A program made the position numbers and the translations under genes. Of a stretch of DNA of 64,000 bases, positions 9,796 to 19,700 are shown one piece after another. The notes under the pieces were generated by a model, which was given only the letters and a program-made list of their open reading frames with translations, was not told the DNA's origin and searched no databases. Position 1 is the first letter of the stretch. Each line of letters begins with the position of its first letter. Source of the DNA: a virus; the IMG/VR virus record IMGVR_UViG_3300011115_000844, positions 10,102 through 74,101 of that record; one strand, 5' to 3'.

Positions 9796-10197
9796 TTAAA
9801 GTTTTTTTTCTAATCTCATTTCTTCTCTAATCTTAGTAGCACTTATTTCAGAAATTTCTGTTGGAGGTATGTGTTCAACTATATCGTACCCTACACCCCT
9901 GCCAAAATCAACCGAACATATATCGGGGCAAATAAAAACTTTAACCCTATTTTCTTTAATCAATTCAGCGTATTCATCCATTATGTTATTCATAACCTCT
10001 AACGGAGAAAATGGGTTTTTAAAATCGGGTTGTACTTCTCTAATGCCTATACAAACATTACCCCCTTCATCTAAAACATTTTGAAACATTTGTTTGTGTG
10101 CTAAATGTAGGGGTTGCCATCTGCCAATAAACAAACTAAACTGATTTTTATTTTTATCCATTGAACTTCTAACGTGAATCTTTTTACTCCAACTCAT
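9796..10197 (-). CDS. HIGH-superfamily nucleotidyltransferase
   Basis: FIGRWQPLHLAH and ISATKIR motifs. Confidence 0.8.
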   Translation of the reverse strand: MSWSKKIHVRSSMDKNKNQFSLFIGRWQPLHLAHKQMFQNVLDEGGNVCIGIREVQPDFKNPFSPLEVMNNIMDEYAELIKENRVKVFICPDICSVDFGRGVGYDIVEHIPPTEISEISATKIREEMRLEKKL

Positions 10198-10642
10198 AAT
10201 CTTTTTTTTGGTTTATATATTTCTTAATTTCGTGTAAACATTCATCAATACTATTTTCAGATGTATCAATTTTCAAGCAATCTGTCTTCGGCACTTCAAA
10301 ATCAATGGCAAAGTAGTTATTTCTACCCCTATCCACTTGACTATCGTAATGCAAGTATATCTCAATTAGGTTTGAGTTATTCCTCAAATATGACCTTAAC
10401 TCTTCATAAGGAGTTACAAAACTCATTAAAGGTACAAATCCACCACGTTCAAGGTAAATAGCCATATCAAATGCGTTCTTTAAATTACGCATTCTACCTT
10501 CTTTGCTATAATCTTTGTTTTTGGTTATATCACGCCAAACATCGCCATCTATTCTAACACAATTGTGGCTAAAAAATGGCACAAGTTTATCAGCTAATGT
10601 TGTCTTACCACTTGCAGGTTGACCGTACAAAAGTATTATCAT
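10184..10642 (-). CDS. cysC: adenylylsulfate (APS) kinase-like protein
   Basis: GQPASGKTTLA P-loop, IDGDVWR, YSKEGRMRN, SFVTPY, FEVP. Confidence 0.8.
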   Translation of the reverse strand: MIILLYGQPASGKTTLADKLVPFFSHNCVRIDGDVWRDITKNKDYSKEGRMRNLKNAFDMAIYLERGGFVPLMSFVTPYEELRSYLRNNSNLIEIYLHYDSQVDRGRNNYFAIDFEVPKTDCLKIDTSENSIDECLHEIKKYINQKKDYELE

Positions 10643-10887
10643 GTTATAATTGCTTTTTTATTATCCTCAAATGAAATGTTTTTTGCATTGCATGAAATGT
10701 GATATTTCTCTACATCTCTACCATCGTATGTTTTTATGATATCTTTTGAAGTAAAGCATGAGCAATTTATATCTATTTCATCAACAAGAAATTCTAATCC
10801 ATTTACTAATAACCTCCATTTAAAATCGCTTTTTATTGGATAATCAGTATTGAACCTAATTTTTACTTCAAGTAAATTATTTTCCAT
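10639..10887 (-). CDS. hypothetical protein
   Basis: ORF translationally coupled to cysC. Confidence 0.6.
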   Translation of the reverse strand: MENNLLEVKIRFNTDYPIKSDFKWRLLVNGLEFLVDEIDINCSCFTSKDIIKTYDGRDVEKYHISCNAKNISFEDNKKAIIT

Positions 10888-10893
10888 AATTAC

Positions 10894-11724
10894 TTATTTT
10901 CTGTAATTAAACTTGTTGTAATACCACTTGTAGTTTTCGTATAACCAATTAGTAATATCGCTACCCATAACTGCATCAGCATCAGACGGTTTTAATTCTA
11001 ATTTTGGTCTTATGGTATGTAAATCTTTTGTCAAACCATACACGCTATCATCTTCGGTAGTTATTTGTTGTATGTTGTCAAAATCATGCTCAAAATGTGG
11101 CACTTCCAAGTATTCGTATATCCTTATCATTGTGTTTTCGGGATATAAGCAAAGGTCTTCTGCTTTTACAAATAATATCTTATCATCGTAACCAAGACGT
11201 ATCATTTCGAATATCCTTTCAACTGCTCTTCCTATTGTGTTGTTAGGGTTCATCCATTCATCAACTCTTTTATGAACAGTAGTACCCCTTGCTTCACTAT
11301 CATTTCGTATTGGGTCTGCAATTAATTGATTTTTTCTGTAAATCTTTTCATACGAAGCAATTACATCTTTAAGATTACGTACCATGCAAATAATCTTTGG
11401 GTTAGGGTAAAATTCATTCAAAAATGAACGATAAACACCCCAACCCCTACTTTTTATCATTAAGTAAGGTTTGTTTGTCAATGCACTTGCATAACCCATG
11501 ATACCATTATAACAAAATGATTTGAATGCTTTAGCCATTAATTCGCCATCTTGTGCTTTAAATTCGGGAGAATTTGTAAAGTTACCCCTTGCACCAAAAA
11601 CCAATTCTAATAACCCATCTGTCGGTGTAACATGAAAATCGGGATTTTGTCCTAATATATTTTGAAGTGCAGTTGATAGTGAACGTGGTAAACTGCTTTG
11701 AAAAAACAATTTTTGATTAGTCAT
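10894..11724 (-). CDS. PAPS-dependent sulfotransferase family protein
   Basis: SLPRSLSTAL 5'-PSB loop, KSRGW, KIICMVRNLKDVIAS 3'-PB motif, AEDL. Confidence 0.85.
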   Translation of the reverse strand: MTNQKLFFQSSLPRSLSTALQNILGQNPDFHVTPTDGLLELVFGARGNFTNSPEFKAQDGELMAKAFKSFCYNGIMGYASALTNKPYLMIKSRGWGVYRSFLNEFYPNPKIICMVRNLKDVIASYEKIYRKNQLIADPIRNDSEARGTTVHKRVDEWMNPNNTIGRAVERIFEMIRLGYDDKILFVKAEDLCLYPENTMIRIYEYLEVPHFEHDFDNIQQITTEDDSVYGLTKDLHTIRPKLELKPSDADAVMGSDITNWLYENYKWYYNKFNYRK

Positions 11725-12409
11725 TTTTATTTGTTTTTAATAGTTTAAATTTCATTTTTTTACATTTTATATCTTTTATTATTGATTGCCTTACATTTTG
11801 ATATGTTGTTTTATATTTTTCTGCTACATCTGTATAAGAATCAAAAATCTCATTTGTATCAATACATATTACTTTAACTCCAATCGTTTTCTTTTTTGCA
11901 TCGGAAATTTTTTTTTTATGTTCAATACTTTTTGGTTTAATTAAATATTCTCTTAAAATTTCTTTATTTTTTTGTGTCATTTTATGTCCTTTAAGACCAT
12001 TTGATATTTTTTCACAAAAAGACAAAGGCATTTTTTTACCCTTGTTAACATTTGGTTTACCTTTAAATATTTTGCTTAGATGTATTTTCCTATCTTCACT
12101 CAAAGGTTTACCTCTTGTTGGGTTTTCTATAATATCACTATAATTCAACATGATATTACCTAATGATTTTAAATAATCATACCAATATTGTTCTCTTTCT
12201 ATGATTATTCTTATTTCACATTCTTCTAAAATTGAAAATTCTAAACTATCAATACCGTACTTATTGTGTATGTTTTGTAATATAGGAGTATGTCTATTAT
12301 TTCTTAATTTACTTTTATGTGAGTTCCATCTTTGACATATATTGTTACTACTACCAACGTATTTTTTATTATTTTCTTTACAAGTAATAAGATATATACC
12401 ACAAGCCAT
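11717..12409 (-). CDS. GIY-YIG homing endonuclease with NUMOD3-like repeats
   Basis: GIYLI...YVGSS...RW..H...E; SxEHKKKIS-type repeats. Confidence 0.9.
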   Translation of the reverse strand: MACGIYLITCKENNKKYVGSSNNICQRWNSHKSKLRNNRHTPILQNIHNKYGIDSLEFSILEECEIRIIIEREQYWYDYLKSLGNIMLNYSDIIENPTRGKPLSEDRKIHLSKIFKGKPNVNKGKKMPLSFCEKISNGLKGHKMTQKNKEILREYLIKPKSIEHKKKISDAKKKTIGVKVICIDTNEIFDSYTDVAEKYKTTYQNVRQSIIKDIKCKKMKFKLLKTNKND

Positions 12410-12436
12410 TTTAATCGTTTTATTTTATAAAATAAA

Positions 12437-13312
12437 TTATTTTTCTAAAGATGCAATAATATCATCTACGTTAAATATGTCCTCTACTGAATTATAAGGA
12501 AATTCAATTGGGTCACCAATGATATTAAACTTTGATAAATAACTGTTTCTTAATTCGGGTTGCTTTGTAAATGGATTGGCAAGAATGTTATCGTGCATTT
12601 CGTACCCTAATACTTTTGGATTGTTGGTTATCCAACAAACAGTTGAAGGTAAATTTAATGAAGCACAAGTATGTTGTAAGAAACTATCTATTAATAATCT
12701 TTTCTCTGATAGCAAGGTTAATGCTACTATTTCTCTGAAATTTGCGTTAATAGGTGTAGTGCCTTCATAACCCATTTGGTCTTCCTTTCTGATGTGTACA
12801 ATGTTATATTTCTCATGGAAATGATTAATAACCTTTACAACTACATTAGAAGGTAAATCACGAGCAAAACCATATTTTAATTCGGGTGTTGCACCTCCGT
12901 TGGTTTGCATTAAAAATATCGGCTTATCTGATTTGTATTTGTTTTGGAAAAAGTCCAATTCTCTTTGTGTTAAAAACAATTCGGGCATTTCACCATTGTA
13001 ATCAATGTCAAACATTTTGCACCAAATTTCAATTAAATGCTTTTTTTCTTGCACATAGTCCATTTCAAGATATGGATTGTGAAGCATTAATTTTACTTCC
13101 TTATTTTCAATATTATCGGTAAAAAAATAACTAATATTCCCATGCTGAAACGATTTGTTTACATAAGGATTGTTAAGGTAAACTTCGGGATAACCACTAA
13201 TAACAATTAGGTTATCTTTTGGATATTTTGTTTTGATTGCTTTACAAACGGCAGTAGATAAAATACATTTACCTATACCTCCATCAATTTGAAAAATAAT
13301 GTTTTTTGACAT
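12437..13312 (-). CDS. GT9 (heptosyltransferase-like) glycosyltransferase
   Basis: GGIGKCILST...IKTKYP...LNNPYV; IDSFLQH.CA.L. Confidence 0.75.
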   Translation of the reverse strand: MSKNIIFQIDGGIGKCILSTAVCKAIKTKYPKDNLIVISGYPEVYLNNPYVNKSFQHGNISYFFTDNIENKEVKLMLHNPYLEMDYVQEKKHLIEIWCKMFDIDYNGEMPELFLTQRELDFFQNKYKSDKPIFLMQTNGGATPELKYGFARDLPSNVVVKVINHFHEKYNIVHIRKEDQMGYEGTTPINANFREIVALTLLSEKRLLIDSFLQHTCASLNLPSTVCWITNNPKVLGYEMHDNILANPFTKQPELRNSYLSKFNIIGDPIEFPYNSVEDIFNVDDIIASLEK

Positions 13313-13349
13313 GGTTTTAAACGGTTTATTATTAATAATTATTTATTCG

Positions 13350-13357
13350 CAAATATA
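13350..13357 (-). promoter_or_regulatory. Bacteroidota -7 promoter element for the GT9/sulfation operon
   Basis: TATATTTG on -, about 40 bp upstream of the GT9 start. Confidence 0.55.
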
Positions 13358-13377
13358 GTATAAAAATGTTTATTTAA

Positions 13378-15534
13378 TTACCAAGCAACTTCGACTAATC
13401 TTATATTGGCAACTGCTCTAAAAGTAGAACCCGTACCTGCCGTTGTTGGTGCTTTTAATGTTAATAATAAATCATTAGAAGCACCTACTGAATACGTAAT
13501 ATCCGAACTCCCCATTGAAGCATCATTATGACTTGATACATTTGTTGGTACTGATATATCACCAACACCACCCACTTTTTTAAAGAAAAATGCTTCGGAA
13601 GTTTGATGAACTGCACCAACTGAAAGCGCTCCACTCGTTCCACTACCTAAAATAGTACAAACAATAATCCAATCTACAAACACATTCCATGCTCTATTAT
13701 TTCCTAATGGTATTATAAGATTAGTAGTACCCGTACCATCTAAACTCATGGGTGCAGTCCCCGAAGCATTTAATAATGCCTCACGCCATGCAACCAAATT
13801 AGAAGTTTGACCACTACCTAAAGTTGCAAAGCCACCCGTTGAATAAGCATCTTGACCTCGTAAATATGATAATCCTAAATAACCACCCGTTACCGATGAT
13901 AATACTGCACAAGCAGTATTATTACAACCACCTAAAACTGATGATGCTTCACCACTTGAAGTATTACATCTACCATTTACAACAGTTGAAAAATTTTGCG
14001 TAGCACAATTAAAGCATCCCCCCGATATAGAAGAAAACCCACCCGTAACACAATTGAAACAACCACTTATAATAGATGAAAAGCAACCCGTAGAATTGTT
14101 ACAACAACCCGAACCCATAAATGAATATATATTATTTGAGCAATTTTTATTACCCGAAACAATAGCACTATAATTACTTGAAGTGCAATTAGAATAACCT
14201 GCACCAATAAAAGAACCTGCACCTTGAATTTTGTTATCTTTTCCTCCTACAATTGCACTTAAATTAGAACCACTATTACATATTTGATTGTTTGAGCCAC
14301 TACCAACAAAAGAGTAATTACTCCCAACACAATTATTAATTCCCCCTACAATAACCGAACCTGCACCAATGCAATTTATAGTATTATTACTACCCCCTCC
14401 AATAAAATTCAAATTATAAGTACCACTAATCGTATTGGTACTGCCACCTACAATGGTAGAATAACAATTACCAACACATATTTTATTTAAACACCCATTT
14501 AAAATAGATGTATGATTATCTAAAGCAGAATTAATACAACCATTACCAATAAAAGAATAACAACCACTTGTTGTACTTGCTCTACCATTTAAAATTGTAT
14601 TAAAACAACACCCATTTGTAGAATTGCTAACGCCACCTCCAATAACACTATAATCACTTGTTATTGTATTTATTTGTCCACTACCAATAAAACTATATTG
14701 ATTGCGTATTGTATTATCAGCACCCGTACCTATAAAACCAAAAGAACAACAGATTGCATTTCTGTTCCCACTACCTATTACACTATTAATATGATTGGTA
14801 GTTAATAAATTACAAACACCACTTAAAATTACCCCATATTGAGAAATTCCTGTTGTATCATTAATGCAATTACAACACCCATTTAATATGCTTGAAAGAA
14901 CGGCTTGACTACCCATAATACAATTACATCTACCATTTGATATAATTGAATAATTGGAATTGCCTCCAATATTATTACAAAGACCATTTGATACTGAAGA
15001 ATATCTTGCAGATATAGTATTAGAAAGACCATTACTAACAAAAGAGAAAGCACTCCCAATAGTATTTAAGCATCCATTATCAACAAATGAAAAACAACTA
15101 TTGCAATTTGCAACATTACAGTTTCCATTAATAATAGATGTATAAAAACCACATGAAGAATTACAACACCCATTCCCTATAAAAGAATAACAACATTTTG
15201 ATGTATTATTTTTTCCATTTATAATTGTACTATAACAAGCAGATGAAGTATTATTGCACCCACCTAATGAAGAACTATATAAGGCACTTGCATTATTACC
15301 TGCACCACATCTTACAGATGATGAAACGCCACCACCTAATACGATTACTGCTTCACCGTTGTATGGCTTTGTATTGGTAACGCAAACATTTCCCGAAGTT
15401 GTGTACCCCGAACCATCTATTTGAATACCATTACAAGCCGTTACTGAAACTATTGTTACAGTACCCGTACCACCACCCCCTCCCGAAGATTCGCCTCCAA
15501 AAAAACCCGTATTCATACCACCAAAATCTGCCAT
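13378..15534 (-). CDS. Cys-rich beta-helical spike/fibre protein
   Basis: About 14-16-aa S-x-I-x-x-G-x-x-N repeats, Cys-poor C-terminal head, MADFG...GFFGGE N-terminus. Confidence 0.8.
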   Translation of the reverse strand: MADFGGMNTGFFGGESSGGGGGTGTVTIVSVTACNGIQIDGSGYTTSGNVCVTNTKPYNGEAVIVLGGGVSSSVRCGAGNNASALYSSSLGGCNNTSSACYSTIINGKNNTSKCCYSFIGNGCCNSSCGFYTSIINGNCNVANCNSCFSFVDNGCLNTIGSAFSFVSNGLSNTISARYSSVSNGLCNNIGGNSNYSIISNGRCNCIMGSQAVLSSILNGCCNCINDTTGISQYGVILSGVCNLLTTNHINSVIGSGNRNAICCSFGFIGTGADNTIRNQYSFIGSGQINTITSDYSVIGGGVSNSTNGCCFNTILNGRASTTSGCYSFIGNGCINSALDNHTSILNGCLNKICVGNCYSTIVGGSTNTISGTYNLNFIGGGSNNTINCIGAGSVIVGGINNCVGSNYSFVGSGSNNQICNSGSNLSAIVGGKDNKIQGAGSFIGAGYSNCTSSNYSAIVSGNKNCSNNIYSFMGSGCCNNSTGCFSSIISGCFNCVTGGFSSISGGCFNCATQNFSTVVNGRCNTSSGEASSVLGGCNNTACAVLSSVTGGYLGLSYLRGQDAYSTGGFATLGSGQTSNLVAWREALLNASGTAPMSLDGTGTTNLIIPLGNNRAWNVFVDWIIVCTILGSGTSGALSVGAVHQTSEAFFFKKVGGVGDISVPTNVSSHNDASMGSSDITYSVGASNDLLLTLKAPTTAGTGSTFRAVANIRLVEVAW

Positions 15535-15536
15535 AA

Positions 15537-15851
15537 TTAAATATTTTTATTAAGCAATTGATTTACCAAAACTAAATTTAATTGATTTGCTACATAAATA
15601 AAAACAATTTCATCTGACGAACCCCATTGTTGTACTATTTCAGATGGAATTTGTATATTAGCAATGTACAAATCTACTGCCGTAGGTATTCCATCAGCGT
15701 TATCTTGCATACCTAATAAACTATATGTTACCGTACCACCTTGACCATCAAAGTGATAATCAAAAAAATTAATTAACCCTAAATATGTCGCTATTGCGTT
15801 TCCACTTGGTGACCATATTGTTGTTGGTTCTATTTGTCTTGTATTTGCCAT
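15537..15851 (-). CDS. small fibre-associated protein
   Basis: Lies between fibre genes; WGSSDE motif typical of small fibre accessory proteins. Confidence 0.55.
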   Translation of the reverse strand: MANTRQIEPTTIWSPSGNAIATYLGLINFFDYHFDGQGGTVTYSLLGMQDNADGIPTAVDLYIANIQIPSEIVQQWGSSDEIVFIYVANQLNLVLVNQLLNKNI

Positions 15852-15860
15852 TTTTTTATT

Positions 15861-16766
15861 TTAATAAAGTGATAACCAATGAGTACTAACAAGCGATGTA
15901 GTTGTACTTAATGTCAAAGGTGATGGTAATGTTGATTGTGATAGTAATACTGCCGATAATCTACCTCCCGTAAAGTCAAATGGTTGAACGGTTATTATAG
16001 ATGAAGTAATTGTTACTATTGAAGGAGTTGCCGTTGCAGTACCCGAAACATTATATAATGCACCAATAAAGTAAGTACCTGCTACTTGATTTGTTAGTGG
16101 ACTACTAAATGCTTTATTACCCCAAGTATTTGATGCAAATGTTTGCCATATTGTACCATCGTTTGTAGAACTTGCAATTAATGTTATAGTACCACCCGAT
16201 ACTGAATACAATCCAACCCCATTATAAGCATCTGCTACATAATTACCTATCACAGATTGATACCATTTTACACCCGTAATTGTTGAAGTTGTTGCTAAAT
16301 AAACGGGAGTTAAAATTAATCTTGTATCTACTAATGTAGTTGCAGTAGAAATAGCCAAAGAAAGATTTAATCCAATCGGAGATGCCTTAATTGTACTTCC
16401 AAGTCCTTGATAACCTAAAACAACTTCGGTATTACTTAGTTTACTATTTATTTGAGTTTGTATGGCACTTGTTACACCCTTTACATAGCTTAATTCAGTT
16501 AATGAAGGATATGTTGTAGTACCTAATGCTTGTATTTGTTTAGTGCTATCAGTAGCCATTATTTGACTTGCAGTAAGCGAACTTAATGTAGGAGAAGTAG
16601 AAAATGTTTTAGCACCACCTACCGTTTGAGTATTACTTAAATCCACAAAGTTTTGTGTAGATGAACCCGTACCACCATCTGATATTGGCAATGGTAGTGT
16701 TATTGGCGTTGAACCACCACCTTCACCCCCAAAAAATCCATTATTTCTGTTACCAAAATCTGCCAT
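15861..16766 (-). CDS. spike/fibre protein (Cys-free)
   Basis: MADFG...GFFGGE N-terminus; QTVGGAKTF and ELSYVKGVTSAIQTQIN fibre motifs; beta-sandwich head. Confidence 0.75.
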   Translation of the reverse strand: MADFGNRNNGFFGGEGGGSTPITLPLPISDGGTGSSTQNFVDLSNTQTVGGAKTFSTSPTLSSLTASQIMATDSTKQIQALGTTTYPSLTELSYVKGVTSAIQTQINSKLSNTEVVLGYQGLGSTIKASPIGLNLSLAISTATTLVDTRLILTPVYLATTSTITGVKWYQSVIGNYVADAYNGVGLYSVSGGTITLIASSTNDGTIWQTFASNTWGNKAFSSPLTNQVAGTYFIGALYNVSGTATATPSIVTITSSIITVQPFDFTGGRLSAVLLSQSTLPSPLTLSTTTSLVSTHWLSLY

Positions 16767-16768
16767 TA

Positions 16769-19700
16769 TTATTTATTTTTAAGTAAATCAAAACAACTTT
16801 TTAACTCTTGAATTGACTTAACCAAAGTTGGTATTACTTGATTGCTATCGAAACTATAAAACCCACTTTTAGTTTTTCTAACTGTTTCGGGTAAAATCTT
16901 CATTATATCTTGTGCAACAAATCCTATATTTCTTTGACTACCTTGACATTGTGTATCGCACCAATAGTAAGTAATTGGCTTCATCTTCATTACGGCATCT
17001 AATCCATAACTACAACCTAAATCGCACACATCCCTTTTTAATCTTGAATCCGAAGTAACTTGTTGTATTACACCATTTGTATCAGAACACAAAGTTACGC
17101 CACCCGATGTTAAATTATCAGCAACTAAAAAATTTGATTTAAAAGAACACCCAACTGTGTTTACAATACTACATCCAAAAACACCTGCATAATCACCACA
17201 AGCAAAATTACCCGTACCTCCTAAAACAAGAGAAGCACAACAACAAGTACAATTGTTACTACCACTTAAAATTGCACTATTAGGAGTAGAATCTAAAATG
17301 CAGTTACTTTCACCATTTAATATTGTTCCATAAATACTTGAACCAAAAATGCAATTCTGTGTAATATTAGAAGCACCTCCATTTAAAATTTGACCATAAT
17401 TTGAACTGATATAATTATAAGAGCCATTTAAAATAGTTGAATTAGTTGGAGTGTCAATACAATTATTAGAACCCGTACCAATAAAATGAAAAGAGCCATA
17501 ATATCCACTTATCGTATTTATACATCCCGTACCTAAGAAGTTATAACAATTTCTAAACCCATTTGACACATTGGTATGCCCACCACCAATAAAAGCATAG
17601 AAACCTTCATTACTGACACAATTTTGCACACCGTTTGCTATTGTTGAATAATTGCTATTAATACTGACTAAATTTTGACAACCATTTATAATTGTTCCTG
17701 CACAACTACACGTAAAATTTTGACAACCATTTCCAACAAAGTTAAATTCATACCCATAAATTAAATTTTGCCTACCTGCACCAATAAAGTGATGAGAACC
17801 AACATTCATATTGTTGGATAAGCCATTACCCATAAAAGAATATGTTGAATCTGTGCCATTGTTATAACCATTTGAAATTGTTGAATAGTTTGAACTTAGT
17901 ATTTTATTGCAACAACCATTTACAATACTGTTGTTACAACAATTTATACTATTACAAACCCCATTTAAAATAGTGTTATTTGACCCAAGAGCAGGAGTAA
18001 TATTATCACCATTAATATTATTATTATAACCATTTAATATCGAAGAAAAATTATTGTAATTTATAGTGCTTTCGCAAACATTATGAAGAGCAGAAAATGT
18101 TGCGAATTGTCCCGTACAACTTGATATAAGTGTATTATTTTTAGCATTTATAACAGAAGAGTCACAATACCCATAAAAACCCGTATAATTACTATTAATT
18201 ATTGTAGAATCATTAGTATCATTAATTGCAATACTACAAACATTAGAAATAAAATTTTTATTGGATACGGGGTTTGAATTATACGATAATGCTAATCCAC
18301 AAGAATTGTTTATAAAATTGCAACACCCACACACTAATATTGAACTGCTATTTAATATTGTATTAAAAGCAGATTTTGCAAATAAGCAACTAATATCTGA
18401 TTTTATAAAATTATTATTAGCACAATCAAGCAATATGTTCTGCTTACCATCAATAAAATTTGATGAATTGCAACAACACAATTTATTTCCATAAGCAATT
18501 ACTGTGTTATAATTAGCATAACCCCCCGAAATGGAATTGGTTAGACCAAAGATATTATTTATTCCCGTATATGCACCCGAAATAGTATTGCCTAAGCCAA
18601 ATATTTGATTTACAAGTGTACAATAAGATGATATAGTATTATTATAACCATTTATCTGTGTGTATGAATTAAAAGAATCAGTAATTTTATTATTGCAACC
18701 CCAAACATTGTTAAAGCACCCATTAACGCAAATACAATTTTGTTCTCCTATTACTGTGCTACTACAAGTTGAATTTGCAATTAAGTTAGCACAACCACTC
18801 ATTATGTTATTATAAGAACCATTATCAACATTATCAGCACCATTTAAAATTGTATTGTATTGAGTAGTAGTATCATTTATACAATTTTTGCAACCATTTA
18901 AAATAGAACCAAAAGTCAAACTTGAAACTTTATTAGTATCACCATTGCCTATAAAATTATTTACACTACTAACATTATCAATACAATTAGTAGAACCACT
19001 TATTATTGTATTGGTTGAACCAAAAACACAATTGTCCTTACCAACACCAATAAACCCCCTTGTTCCATTAATATAATTATTTTCTCCATTTAATATCGTG
19101 CCACTACAACTACAAATACAATTTTGATACCCATTTAATATAGTGTGATATTCTCCACAAGCAAAACTACTTAAACCATTTAATATAGAATTAAAACCAT
19201 TTCCAAAACCAAAACTTGTAATACAATTACTTTGTCCATTAGATATGCTATTATTACACCCATCACAAATTATGTTTGAATCGCCTCCCGTAATTGAAGA
19301 ACGTAATGTATTTGCACCTAAAATGCAATGATTTCTACCATTAGTAACTATATTATCGCAACCATCAACGCAATTTGTTTGACCATTTATAATGGTATTA
19401 TAACAACATCCACAAATACAATTACAAGTGCCATTTAAAATAATATGATGAACCCCACAATTAACAAGATTACAAACACCATTTAAAATAGTTGATTTAC
19501 CAATAGTCGCAGAAACGCAATTACAAAATCCATTTAAAATAGCACTATTATACCCACTATTCGAATTACAACTTCCATTACCTATGATTGAATAATAACC
19601 ACTATTGGTATTACGAACTCCATCTAAAATTATTGAACGATAATTACTAATAGTGTTACAAAAACCATTTATAATGGTTGACTTATAACCACTTGCAGAA

